Origin: Octopus sinensis
Taxonomy: Eukaryota
Length of the DNA stretch: 64,000 nucleotides
Assembly: GCF_006345805.1 (NCBI RefSeq)
Contig: NC_043000.1
Span: forward strand, 1,612,001-1,676,000
Direction of reading: 5' to 3'
Position 1 is the stretch's first letter. Each line of letters opens with the position of its first letter. Positions 1 to 12,070 of this stretch are shown here, in pieces. The notes beneath the pieces were generated by a model. The model made no database searches, had not been told where the DNA came from, and saw nothing but the letters and a program-made list of their open reading frames with translations. The translations under genes and the position numbers were made by a program.

Positions 1-385
1 CAACCGGGGTCTGGGAAGCCAGAAGGCTGCACCAGGCTCCAGTCTGATCTGGCAGTGTTTCTACAGCTGGATGCCCTTCCTAACGCCAACCACTCTGTGA
101 GTGTAGTGGATGCTTTTTACGTGCCACCAGCACAGGTGCCAGGGGAGGCTGGAAACGGCCATGATCAGTTGGTGCTCTTTACGTGCCACCAGCACGGAAG
201 CCGGTCAAGGCAGCGCTGGCATCGACCATGTATGGATGGTGCTTTTTACGTGCCACGAGCACAGGTCCCGGGGGAGGCTGGCAACGGCCATGATTGGTAG
301 GTGCTTTTTACATGCCGCCGGCACAGAAGCCAGTCAAAGCGGCGCTGGCATCAGCCACGTACGGATGGTGCTTTTTTTAGGTGCC
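1..385 (-). mobile_element. RTE-related SINE/retroposon fragment with internal alternating ~62/67-bp tandem units
   Basis: ctggatgcccttcctaacgccaacc motif shared with 13795-14165; tgctttttacgtgccac repeated at ~111, 173, 240 and 302. Confidence 0.65.
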
Positions 386-1077
386 AGGGTAAGCATTGAC
401 CTTAGTTTACCTATCATGCAAAGTTAATCATGAAAGACTTGTACCCTAAGAAGTAGATTTAAATCTTATCCATTTAATACAAAAACAAAGACTGGATTAA
501 TCACCACCCAACTATTTAATTCATGAACAAGTTTAACTGATTTTCATGACTGCCCTAGGTCAGTTGGCATTAGAACAAGCTGGATTTTTGTGCCCTTAGA
601 TGTGTAATTTTATTTTTAATTTTTCACATGGAGAAGAAAAAAAACTGTAAATGTGAAAATAAAGTGTTTATTATCATACACAAGCTAAAGAGAATGGCTC
701 AAACACAGTAACAGTTTCAAATCCCATTAATATAAGAGAGGGAGGAGAGAAGAAGGAAAGAGACACTATGTCTACGTTATAAACAATGATTTCAAATCAT
801 TTTTCTTACAAACAATGAGTGAAAGATGGCTGACAGTAATTCTAAGTTGTCAATGACAACCGTAGGGATGATTATATCCTGTGAATAAATCTATTGATTT
901 ATTCTCTTCTCTTTCATAATGCTTGATGAACAAAATATCAAACACATTTCATACTGATGAGTCTCTTGCAAAACAATATAGCTCTTGTACCCTTAATAAT
1001 TAAGAATACACGAGTATTGTGGTTAAATGTCTTAACCACAGTGCACTAAACTATATAGCATGGTGGTACCTGTTACA

Positions 1078-1572
1078 ACTAAGTTACTGGAATGCCAATG
1101 GTGAAGTATTCTGAACACCTTACTTCCCTGGGCATGGATACATTGAAACTCCAACATCTGGCAGCTGACTTGGCAGACCCCATAAAATTATCAACCATTG
1201 TACAAACAATAACTCTGAGCAGCTTTTCAAACTCCACCTGTCTAACACCCATGGACTTGTTTACAAAGTCAGAAAACAGCACAGACCCATGACTTTCGGA
1301 AACATTTTTTCACGCTAAGAGTTGCTGAAGCATGGAACAAACTGCCAGCATCAGTTGTTAGTTGTCGGAGCACTGCATCCTTCAAAACTTCCATACTTCC
1401 TGAGATTCGCCAACACTACACCTGATTTTCTCCCCTCCATACACATGCAAGCATGTATCTGACTCATACACTGTTCACTTTCCAGACATTTGTACATTAC
1501 TGCATATGCTTTATATGCACTTTTGACAAGCTGTAGTGCACCTGAGCACTGTATACAATAATTTCATTATTA
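1078..1572 (+). mobile_element. CR1-like LINE 3' fragment (longer 3' UTR variant)
   Basis: MDTLKLQHLAADL...; cgtggact..tacaaagtcagaaaaca, RKHFFTLRVAEAWNKLP-type motif, tta tail. Confidence 0.8.
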
Positions 1573-2130
1573 TATATACATATATATATAATGGTATCTA
1601 CACAGTGAATTATTCTTTACTAAGGCATCTCCTTACATCTTGCCAGTATCATAGGCATAGTAGAGTGAGCTATACAAGGCAGTGGCACCTAGGCACAATT
1701 AGCACTTTCATATTGTTGATAGTTACATTTTTTAACCATTGATACAGTACAGTAAACTATACCACACTTGTGGTATCTACTAACAGCTAGATACACTGGG
1801 GAATCAACAGATAAGTGTCTTGACTATGGACACTGTACAGTGAGCTGTACTCTACTAAGATATCTACACACAGCAAGGTAAACACTATTGTTAATAGTTA
1901 AGTAACTTGGTCGTTGACACAGTAAAGTGAACTATACCACACTGCTGTATCTACTTACTGATAGGTAGCCTTTACTGTTAACAGTAAGACTTGGTGTTCT
2001 ACAACTCCTACTTCATTCAGATAAAATTTTTGTTCCACTCACACTCACACTCCAGTTTTATTATCAGTATAAAGACACCCAACTGTGAAAGCGACAACTT
2101 CTGCAATTCCTATTTATACTATCCAGATAG

Positions 2131-2500
2131 TATGGATTCACTGAAGCTCCGGCGTCTGGCGACGGACTTGGTAAACACCCACACAAAGTTATCAACCACC
2201 TCACCAACAACAACACTGAACACCTTTTTGATCTTCATGTGTCTAACACACGTGGACATGCCTACAAAGTCAGAAAACAACACAGCTCCCATGACTTTCG
2301 GAAACATTTCTTCACGCTCAGAGTTGCTGCAGCATGGAATAAACTGCCTGCGTCAGTTGTTGACTGCCATGACACTGCATCCTTTAAGGCCCTCATGCCT
2401 TCCAAAATCCGCCGAAACTACACCTGATTATATATACACTTTAGATGAGTTGTAGTGCACCTGAGCACTGTACACAATTATTATTATTATTATTATTATT
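2131..2500 (+). mobile_element. CR1-like LINE 3' fragment
   Basis: MSNTRGHAYKVRKQHSSHDFRKHFFTLRVAAAWNKLP; (TTA)n tail; frameshifted relative to the 38274 copy. Confidence 0.85.
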
Positions 2501-2666
2501 ATATGGATCCACTTCTCCTACACCAACATTAGTGAGGAGCTAAAGAGGCAACTTCAACGTAGTTGAAGACATGGTTGGGTGATATGAAGCTTGCTTCCCA
2601 ACCGTATGGTTCTGGGTTCAGTCTTGTGAGTGGATTTGGTAGATGGTAACTGAAAGAAATCCGTCG

Positions 2667-2700
<34 letters not shown>

Positions 2701-2839
2701 TTAATGTCAACTGACTGAAACAAGTAAAAGAATAATTACTTGACTTGTTAAAAATAGTAGGGAAATCTCCCTAAAATCAAATGCTACCAGATTAAACAAG
2801 AGAGGCCACACTTCATATCGTAGTCCTACATGGGAGGGA

Positions 2840-3222
2840 AGCACTCCGTCGGTTACGACGACGTGGGTTCCGGTTGATCCGATCAATGGAACAGCCTGCT
2901 CGTGAAATTAACGTGTAAGTGGCTGAGCATTCCACAGACACGTGTACCCTTAACATAGTTCTCGGGGATATTCAGCGTGACACAGAGAGTGACAAGGCCG
3001 GCCCTTTGAAATACAGGTACAACAGAAACAGGAAGTAAGAGTGAGAGAAAGTTGTGGTGAAAGAGTACAGCAGGGATTACCACCATCCCCTGCCGGAGCC
3101 TCGTGGAGCTTTAGGTGTTTTCGCTCAATAAACACTCACAATGCCCGGTCTGGGAATCGAAACCGCAATCCTACGACCGCGAGTCCGCTGCCCTAACCAC
3201 TGGGCCATTGCACCTCCACTGT
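2840..3222. mobile_element. Fused SINE fragments: family D (+) joined to family C head (-)
   Basis: 2840-3020 matches 40706-40870 and 29500-29650; 3020-3222 is the reverse complement of the 23629 head. Confidence 0.7.
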
Positions 3223-3373
3223 AGTCCTACATATCCCAAAAATGACTGAATAGTTACATCTGAAACATCTTCGACCATAGATCTATACAATCAGGGCTGG
3301 CTTGGATGAAATGACAACTTAAGGGGTAAGGAACATACGTAACACCCTTTATTACAAGGGATTAAAAGGATAC

Positions 3374-3486
3374 TCAAGAGCAACATCTCGTACAGGTCCC
3401 TGACCGACCAGGAGTATATGTTTGTCATGCAAATCTTCCATGATCTTCAACGGGGTTGGTGAATGTACCACCATGTCAGGGGTCAC
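3374..3486 (-). CDS. HDHD5: HDHD5/CECR5-like, next coding exon (not in the ORF track)
   Basis: ttttttcag acceptor; encodes VTPDMVVHSPTPLKIMEDLHDKHILLVGQGPVRDVAL(E), similar to the CECR5 segment ending LVSGQGP. 113 nt, phase 0/2, GT donor (GTATCC); in frame with the 6087-6281 exon. Confidence 0.9.
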
Positions 3487-3629
3487 CTGAAAAAAATAAC
3501 AAAAGAAAAAGGGTACATCAAAATTAGTTTAATAGGGTATAACAGTGTTTGTACCCCTTCACCAACCCTATGAACAGAAATCATTAAGACAGGTGTGTGT
3601 GTTTTATGTTCACTTTGAATTTACTCTTT

Positions 3630-3857
3630 ACTCTTTTTTACTCTTTTACTTGTTTCAGTCATTTGACTGCAGCCATGCTGGAGCACCGCCTTTAGTCGAG
3701 CAAATCAACCCCAGGACTTATTCTTTGTAAGCCTAGTACTTATTCTATTGGTCTTTTTTGCCGAACCGCTAAGTTACAGGGACATAAACACACCAGCATC
3801 GGTTGTCAAGCAATATTGGGGGGACAAACACAGGCACACAAACATATACACACACAC

Positions 3858-3889
<32 letters not shown>

Positions 3890-4530
3890 TTAAGAGGCAC
3901 CCTTAATTAAATTAAACAACACATGGATTTAATCCCATTGGATCTCAATACTTCAAGGTAATTTTTTCGTGAACTATCACTAAACTCAAGATACACAAAG
4001 ACTTTACAATGTATCGTAGTACCTATTTTTTAATTTTTATATATATTTATTATTATTTTTTTGCAGAAAACAATGTAATTTTCTTTTTTCCCCCTCCTCA
4101 CTTTAAAAAAAAAAAATTTTTCTTTACAATTCTTGAAAAGTCACATTATGACGAAAACCGGTTGAATTAATATATATATATTTAATCAATTTTTCAAAAT
4201 TTTCCACACACCAATTTTCATTAAAATTTTCTTTCATTCTGCTTTTTTACAATTTTTCCTTGCCTATCATTTCTCCACGTGCAGTCAACACAACCCCACC
4301 ATTTATTGATTTATATATATATATATTATATATATATATATATATAATATATATATATATACATATATACAATGGGCTTCTTTCACTTTCCGTCTACCAA
4401 ATCCACTCACAAGGCTTTGGTCGGCCCGAGGCTATAGTAGAAGACACCTGTCCAAGGTGCCATGCAGTGGGACTGGACCCAGAACCATGTGGTTCGTAAG
4501 CAAGCTACTTACCACAAAGCCACTCCTGCA
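3630..4530 (-). mobile_element. Family B SINE split by a ~420-bp insert in its (TA)n linker
   Basis: Tail half 3630-3850 and head half 4370-4530; the insert carries a decayed hammerhead. Confidence 0.8.
4128..4168 (+). ncRNA. Decayed hammerhead-like fold
   Basis: AATTC-TTGAAAA-GTCA-catta-TGAC-GAAA-ACCGGT-T-GAATT; helices intact, two core substitutions, no proper H17. Confidence 0.35.
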
Positions 4531-4947
4531 ACTATAATTGTTCAAGTTATGTATAATTTATGATATATGTAACAACCCTCACTTGTTTCCAAGTAATGTA
4601 TTATTCTCCTATGTCTAGACATGATGAAGACTGGAAATGAACAGTATAACAGTGACGCTCGTTTACAACAATTATATATCACAAGATGTCAAGACAAGGA
4701 GATACCAACGCACACACATGCATGTGTGTGCGTTCACAATGAGCTTCTTTCAGTTTCCATTTACCCAATCCACTCACAAGGTTTTGGTTGGTCCAGGGCT
4801 ATAGTAGAAGAAACCTACCCAAGTTGCCATGCAGTAGGACTGCACCCAGAACCAAGTAGTTCGGAATTAAACTTCTTGACCACACAGCCATGCCTGTGCA
4901 TTATACATACAATATATTTCATACATATAATGTGTGTATTTATTCTA

Positions 4948-5340
4948 TATACTAGCAGAGATATCCGGCGTTGCCTGTGTCACATGGAATTGAAGAATTA
5001 GACTTTTCTTTTATATTTTCTCTAATGAACTGAAATACTTATGATTTGAATTTCATCAAAATTGGAAATTAAGAATTTTAATGGGGGTTCTTTCCCTCTT
5101 TACACACCCTAAGAAAAATTCTAATCGTGATATATTTATCCCATATTACTCATCTTTATGCTCAGATTCCAAAATCCAAATCTTACAAAACCCATTCAAA
5201 GGCTTTGCTCCTGAAAAATGGAGCACATTGAGCTCTAAAATGTGGGGTCTTAAAGTCAACCAGAGAAGTTGAATTGTTGGGAATCTTTTTAAACTTGTGT
5301 CTTATATCTATTGCTCAAATTTCTTTGAAATCGGAAATAT
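4948..5340 (+). mobile_element. Degenerate Helitron-like element
   Basis: atactagcagagatatccggcgttgcctgtg resembles the 56533 5' end. Confidence 0.35.
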
Positions 5341-6086
5341 ATGAATGTTCACTGGGTTTGTGAAAGAGAGCAATGCTAGAGGAAACCAAAAGACGAATGA
5401 TCACAATAAGCAGTCAGCTACCCTATACAGGTGACTGGCACAGCTGTAAGATGCATTACGGATCTATAGTAATTGGAAGGGCATGACTCAGCTCAAATAA
5501 ACATTAACAACTGTGAGACGTGAGGGCTAAGGAGAAATGAAATATCCATTATTTATATAAATGTAAATAATATATATTATATAAATGATATACTATAGAA
5601 TAAACCTACAGATCTGAGCAAGTACCTTTGTATAAGTGAAGGTAGATGGCTTGGTCGTTAGGGTGTTCAACTCATGATTGTAAGATCACAGTTTCAATTC
5701 TTGGACCAAGTAGTGTGCTGTGTTCTTGAGCAACACATTTCATTTCATGTTGCTCCAATTCACTCAGCTGTAAATGAGCTCCAGGAACTTAACCCTGCAA
5801 TGGACTGGCACCCCATCCAGGGAGGTGGGAGTACTGTAATCTTAGAGACTTATATACAATGGAAAATGGGTTAAGCTCCAGTCTTATGAGTTCCAGGACT
5901 CATGACTTGTCAGTTCAGTTTCAGTATTTACTCGAGTATCTCCGTGTGTTCTGGGCCCAAAACCTACTACCAGCTTTCCAGTTATCCTGTGAAATCAATG
6001 AAGTCAGTACAAGTAATTATCCCAGTATTTTTGGGCAAGAGCAATCCTAAAATATCTGAACATAAGGTAGGTGAAATTGAACTTAC

Positions 6087-6281
6087 ATCGATACCAAGCC
6101 AACTTTGGATTTGGGCAGCCTTGTCAGCACTGCGGTTGCAGGCATTTGTGACGAATGCCACAGGCACACGTAACTGGTGGTTTTCATCAGTTAAGAGCTT
6201 GAAAGCATCAACGGCAGCTTGTAATGGTTCAGTGCCTCTGGCAAGAACTCCATCAATGTCAAACATGACTCCGAAATCAGG
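6087..6281 (-). CDS. HDHD5: HDHD5/CECR5-like HAD-superfamily hydrolase, internal coding exon containing HAD motif I
   Basis: Translation PDFGVMFDIDGVLARGTEPLQAAVDAFKLLTDENHQLRVPVAFVTNACNRSADKAAQIQSWLGID matches the HAD class IIA/CECR5 N-terminus (FDIDGVL...VFVTNA). Bounded by tttcatttcag acceptor and GTAAGT donor; 195 nt, phase 0/0. Confidence 0.93.
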
Positions 6282-6329
6282 CTGAAATGAAACAAAATAC
6301 AAAAATTAACATATTGCAGTTCAATAAAC

Positions 6330-6630
6330 TATTATTATTATTATTATTATTATATTATTATTATATTATTATTGAGTGAGAGAGCAGTGCATGCCATCAA
6401 AGTGACACTGGGGTACAAATATATGAAGCCCAATATACCCATCATGACTACCCATCTGATAAGGGTACACCAGGCGCATGCATCACAACCATGTGTGCAC
6501 GACATGGTGATATCATATCAAGATAAACTGCACGACATAACAGGTGGGGCCCGGTAAGAATTTTCTTCATGTTGAGTAGCCCATCCTGCTCAAAAGGTCC
6601 CTGGATAAGGGATGTTTAAGGATAATGGAT
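6330..6630 (-). mobile_element. Unclassified retroposon 3' end with (TAA)n tail; second copy at ~20300-20650
   Basis: gagagagcag..catgccatcaaagtgacactgggg shared between both loci, each adjacent to (TTA)n. Confidence 0.6.
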
Positions 6631-6897
6631 TCTGCCAGCTCACCGTCTTTTTTTATGTGGGGTGGTTATGATGGAATCTAGTTGATTACAGCGATCCCAG
6701 TGCTCAACCAGAATTCATTTTATCGAACCCGAAAGAATTAAAAACACAGTCGACCTCAGCGGAATTGGAACACTGGACGTAATGCTGGAATAAAATGCCT
6801 CTAAGCATTTTAGCCGGTCTGCTAACGACTCTGCCAGCATATTTTTTTCCGTTCATCAAAAATGAAAATAAAGCATTTTATTCCGTGAGTTTATATA

Positions 6898-7290
6898 TAA
6901 GGCGCAGGAGTGGCTGTGTGGTAAGTAGCTTGCTAACCAACCACATGGTTCTGGGTTCAGTCCCACTGCGTGGCATCTTGGGCAAGTGTCTTCTGCTATA
7001 GCCCCAGGCCGACCAATGCCTTGTGAGTGGATTTGTATATATGTCGTATATATGTATATATGTGTATGTGTGTGTGTTTGTGTGTGTGTGTTTGTCCCCC
7101 TAGCATTGCTTGACAACCGATGCTGGTGTGTTTACGTCCCCGTCACTTAGCAGTTCGGCAAAAGAGACCGATAGAATAAGTACTGGGCTTACAAAGAATA
7201 AGTCCCGGGGTCGATTTGCTCGACTAAAGGCGGTGCCCCAGCATGGCCGCAGTCAAATGGCTGAAACAAGTAAAAGAGTAAAAAGAGTAA
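6898..7290 (+). mobile_element. Bipartite tRNA-derived SINE (family B) with internal TA/TG microsatellite
   Basis: aggcgcaggagtggctgtgtggtaag head, cttgggcaagtgtctt CORE-like box, (aaaagagt)n tail. Confidence 0.9.
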
Positions 7291-7446
7291 ATATCGAGGA
7301 AAATGTTGAAAATGGCTAGCTTTATGTCCCCTTACTTTCAGGAGCATCAAAGAAAGCATCCCTGATATATTGAGGGAAGAATTTCTTTGACTATACTACT
7401 TCGCCAGTGTGTGGTCTTGCGGCTATCATTGCTAGCAATTGTTAAT

Positions 7447-7976
7447 ACTAGGAAAAGACTTCCGACCATCCCCTCGCCCATTTTCTCCCAAATTTGTTTA
7501 TTTTTGTAATTTTTTTTTTTTGTCAAAAATCCTCGTTTTCAGATATGGAGGTTCCAGAAAATTGCCAAAAATCGGCATTGTGAAATTTTTCACCCCCTTT
7601 CCCCGCCAGCTTCTTCAAAACCGTAAGTACAGAAATGTATTGAAATTTTTGTCCAAATCATGATGTCCGTATTTTTACGCATATTTAGAAAAAAAAAAAA
7701 AAAATTCTTAAAAAAAAATTTTACAAAGACTTTGGGAAATTCAGAATCATAATCTCCGTATTTTTCCGCATAATTTGAAAAAAAAAAAAAAAATTGTGAA
7801 AGAAGTTTAAAATGAAGGAAATGGGGGTGGGGATGGTAATTTAGAAATGTCCATTTTTGCCAATTTTTTGGCAGATTCGTATTCTCCGTAGCCGAAAAGG
7901 GTTGTGTCGAAAAAAGAAAAAAAATCTGAAAAAGGTGGTTTTGGGGGTGGGGGGACGGGCGGAAGTCTTGCCAATA
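7447..7976. mobile_element. MITE-like element with imperfect TIRs
   Basis: aagacttccgaccatcccc versus ggggacgggcggaagtctt; internal duplicated ccgtattttt.cgcata motif. Confidence 0.55.
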
Positions 7977-9147
7977 CTAATTATAAAGAAAGCAGGGAGC
8001 TGACAGAATCGTTAGCTTTCCGACCAAAATGTTTAACGGCATTTCGTCCGTCTTCAAGTTCTGAGTTCAAATTCTGCAGAGGTTGACTTTGTCTTTCATC
8101 CTTTCGGGATCGACAAAATAAATACCAGTTGAGCATTGGGACCGAAGTAAATCGACTATCCCCCCTCCCCCGGAACTTTTGCCAAAATTTGGACCCAGTA
8201 TTTGTTATAAAAACGGAGGAATAGTATAAAGGGAGAGTACTATGCAAATAGGATGTGGTATGCAGTTGTCTCCCTTTGCCTATGTTCAAATTTTATCTGA
8301 TGTTGCCTTTTCCAGTTCACCCATCCAGAATAGATTAAATATGACAAATAAAATAGATTGGTTGACAGGATAGCATGTAGTGTTGATTATTCTGAGTTCG
8401 AATTCTGACTTTCACAACAATTGGGTCTGATTAAGTTTTTTTTTTTTTTTCAAATAAAAGCAATTCAGTCTATCAGTATATCCCCTACCCGGACATATAA
8501 CTTGGGTGTGCAGCATAAAACCTGCATACCCACAGAACATGGTAAATTTTCTCTATAATAATTCAGTTCTTGTACAAATAATGAGAAGGCGTCAAATTGG
8601 CGGAGTCATTCAGAACGTCGTGTAGACGAAATACCGCAAAGCATTTCGGCCGGCGTGCTAACGTTTCTGCTACCGCCGAGATCAACATTGCTTTTAATCC
8701 ATCTAGTCAATAAAGTACCAACCTTGTATTGAGTGTGATTCTTTTCTTTCTATGAAAAATTGGCCAAAAGAAAAAGATGCCCAAGACACTCCGTATATTA
8801 CGACGACATATTACGATAAAGGTGCAAAGCAGGTATCATAATGTGAACTAGTTGTACTTTGTTTCCACATTTAATAATACACACTAAGAAAAACAAAGAC
8901 TAAATCAGGTTGAAGCCGAATTGACGACAGAAATAACAAAGTCCGTATGTTCCTATTTATGCCACAATAGTAATATGTTCAGCACGGTAAGAAATTTAGT
9001 GACACCACCAAACTCCACATTACTAAAATGGTTATCAGTAAAATGGTTATCAGTGTAACAAGTGGGTGAAGCCCCAAAGTCAACAAGTTGGTTGGGATTC
9101 CCAACTAAAAAAAGGTTAACCTCCTTTGTTACTGTCCATGCTCGCAT

Positions 9148-9543
9148 CTTTTCGGTTTGAACGGCAGTTTTTAACGTAATTTCTAGGTAACTAAAAAATT
9201 TTAAACTTCGTATACTGGTAGAATGTGTTTATAAAACATCTTTTTCTCTTGGCTTTATTGAGAAAATTCTATAGTTTCTAAGATATTTGTTGTTTTTTTT
9301 CTTCAATTTCTGCAATTTCAACCAATCAATGACGTCCATTGAGATAAATTACATTCTGAGCCGTATGAATACGTCCCTCGTTTAAGAAACAGATTGGGTT
9401 TATTTACATTTCTGAAGAAAAAAAATACCCTTCCCCCACCCCTAAAATAGATTGAAATGCAATAGATCGTTACTAGGGTCATAATTATGGGTGACAATTT
9501 CATATGACACCGCTCGAAAAAAATAACCGTTCAAACCGAAAAG
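9148..9543. mobile_element. MITE with perfect 17-bp TIRs
   Basis: CTTTTCGGTTTGAACGG / CCGTTCAAACCGAAAAG, flanked by AT on both sides (TSD or TIR extension). Confidence 0.8.
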
Positions 9544-10120
9544 ATCCCCATGCTCTAAAGCTAACGTTTTTAATCGTTATATTGCATGTGGGTTTTCGGG
9601 GGTACTGTGATTTTTTTAGAGGATTCGAAAAGGACCGGGGTATTTAGAAAACTTGTTTTTAATGCGAGTGTATTATTCCTCGGTGGACAAGTACAATGTG
9701 TGTGTTCATGTTTGTTTTAAAATAATTTGAATATAAAGTTTTCTTTTTTTTTTATATATTATAGATTTTTTTTAAAAACTTAATTATTCAAAGAGCCGTG
9801 TTTGGTAAAAGCTTGAAAATCGTTGCTCTTAAGCAAAGTGTAAACGTTACACATTTTCGTAATGATTTATCACTTTACGCCCAAATAAGAAATAATACAA
9901 TCATCTTTAAATGCTTTTTAAAATACTATCACATCACAGTGATAATCCGTCACTATTTAGCATTTAAAATGGCTAATACGGCCAAAATATTCCTTCCAGT
10001 TTACATTCAAACTGACCAGATCCAGGCTCTCACACCTACCCTACAATGTTATTCCAAAAATAAATAACCACATCATCGAAATTTCATGGTTAATTCAAAA
10101 CAACGTGAATAGATAAGCAT

Positions 10121-10293
10121 GGCGAAGGTAAAGAATATGCAAACCTGGTATTTAGGGTTAGGGTTGGGGTTTAGGATTAGGGTTAGGGTTAGGGTTAGGG
10201 GTTAGGGTTAGAGTTAGGGTTAGTGTTGGGGTTTAGGATTAGGGTTAGGGTTAGTGTTAGGGTTAAGGTTACGCCGAATTCTTTACCTCCGCC
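10121..10293 (+). mobile_element. MITE-like element with imperfect TIRs enclosing degenerate (TTAGGG)n
   Basis: GGCGAAGGTAAAGAAT ... ATTCTTTACCTCCGCC; about 120 bp of TTAGGG variants inside. Confidence 0.7.
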
Positions 10294-10504
10294 AATAAGT
10301 ATTACGTTTGCTAGATTAATCTGGACATTAAGGGGTTAAATTGGGATTGAACCGACAACGGCGTTTTTATTTTTTGTTTCTTAATTAATTATCAAACTTC
10401 CACCATTGCGGTGGTGCGCGCGCGCGCGTGTGTGTGTAGTTTGTGAAGGTAGGTTGCTTGAGAAATTTGTGAAGACAACCTAAATTTTATCTGTTCTCCC
10501 TGAT

Positions 10505-10550
10505 TAACAATCATATGATATCACGTCAGAAGGGCGGACGTGGTGAATAA
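10505..10550. promoter_or_regulatory. Possible regulatory cluster (CRE-like and GC box) in unique CpG-rich sequence
   Basis: TCACGTCA and GGGCGG adjacent (tatcacgtcagaagggcggacgtgg); motif match only. Confidence 0.25.
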
Positions 10551-10858
10551 TATTCTAACAAAGAGATAAAGCATCATTCTGTCTATATTACTAAAAAGAA
10601 ACGATGATATTTTATCATGTGTCTTCAATCATTGTGTGTGCAACTAACGCAATCTTCTAAACGCATGCTCGACACATGATCTCGGCGTGCTGTTCTTTTC
10701 CACTGAATGGCAACCGTTGTTCAGTGAAGAGTCCCGTCGTTCAGTGATTTCCACTGTAAACAATGCTGGACAGTCATCAAGGCAACATCAGTCGATAGCA
10801 ACAACAGCAAATGTTACACTTCAACCCGGTTTCTGACACTAATATGCACTTCACCTAC

Positions 10859-10900
10859 TTCGTTTCTTAATCGTTTTGTAGCCAGATATTTAAGTAACAT
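10859..10900 (-). CDS. HDHD5: Candidate first coding exon C of the HDHD5-like gene (short basic N-terminus)
   Basis: MLLKYLATKRLRNE followed by GTAGGT donor, phase 0, joining directly to PDFGVMFDIDG. Caveat: an out-of-frame ATG lies 5 nt upstream. Confidence 0.35.
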
Positions 10901-10904
10901 ACCA

Positions 10905-12070
10905 TTGAAAAAAGTGGTGAGTGACGGGGAAAGTAAGTGGACAAACAACGTTAGGACGGCTTCAGCTGGAAGCTTGGCAACCGTCGGCTATTCAGGATGC
11001 AAGCTGAACACGCGATTTTACTCCCAACGTGACCCTAATTATGTACACTGGCAAAGGGTCAGAAATGTTCAGTCAAATTTGTGCTTGATTATTGAATAAT
11101 AACAAAACACCAAGTGTGAGTGGTGAGTGACGGGAAGGGGTATGTGGATAAAAAACGATAGGACTTCTTCAGCTGGGAGCTTGGCAACCGTCGGCTACTC
11201 AGGATGCAAGCTGAATACGCGAATTACTCCCTAATTATGTACACTGACAAAGGGTCAGAAATGTTCAGTCAAATTTGTGCTTGATTATTGAATAACAACA
11301 AAACACCAAGTGTGAGTGGTGAGTGACGGGAAGGAATAAGTAGGTAAACAACGATAGGACTTATTCAGCTGGGAGCTTGGCAACCGTCGGCTACTCAGGA
11401 TGCAAGCTGAATACGCGAATTACTCCCTAATTATGTACATTGACAAAGGGTCAGAAATGTTCAGTCAAATTTGTGCTTGATTATTGAATAACAAAACACC
11501 AAGTGTGAGTGTGAGTGACGGGAAGGGGTATGTGGATAAAAAACGATAGGACTTCTTCAGCTGGGAGCTTGGCAACCGTCGGCTACTCAGGATGCAAGCT
11601 GAATACGCGAATTACTCCCTAATTATGTACACTGACAAAGGGTCAGAAATGTTCAGTCAAATTTGTGCTTGATTATTGAATAACAACAAAACACCAAGTG
11701 TGAGTGGTGAGTGACGGGAAGGAATAAGTAGGTAAACAACGATAGGACTTATTCAGCTGGGAGCTTGGCAACCGTCGGCTACTCAGGATGCAAGCTGAAT
11801 ACGCGATTTTACTCCCAACGTGACCCTAATTATGTACATTGAGAAAGGGTCACAAATGTTCAGTCAAATTTGTGCTTGATCATTAAATAATAACAAAACA
11901 CTAAGTGTGAGTGGTAAGAGACGAGGAAGGAATAAGAGGACAAATGGCGGCAGGACGACTTCAGTTGGAGGCCTGGCCAAGGTCTGCTAATCGGGTAGCA
12001 GACGATTTACTCCTAATAATACTCTAGGTATGTACAGTTACAAAGGGTCAGAAATGTTCACTCAAATTTT
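10905..12070. repeat. Tandem array of six ~193-207-bp units
   Basis: Anchor (c/t)aagtgtgag at 11111, 11307, 11500, 11695 and 11902; terminal units more diverged; inner units alternate between two variants. Confidence 0.95.

Noticed and set aside
954-990. CTGATGAGTC core-like motif (also CTGAAGA at 28474 and within the 10905 array)
   Set aside because: No properly placed helix II, GAAA and UH.
10152-10271. True telomere or chromosome-fusion site
   Set aside because: Short, degenerate, single orientation, intragenic and bounded by TIR-like ends.
10905-12070. CRISPR-like or tRNA/snRNA gene array
   Set aside because: Eukaryotic context, no unique spacers, and no cloverleaf or Pol III A/B boxes recognised.
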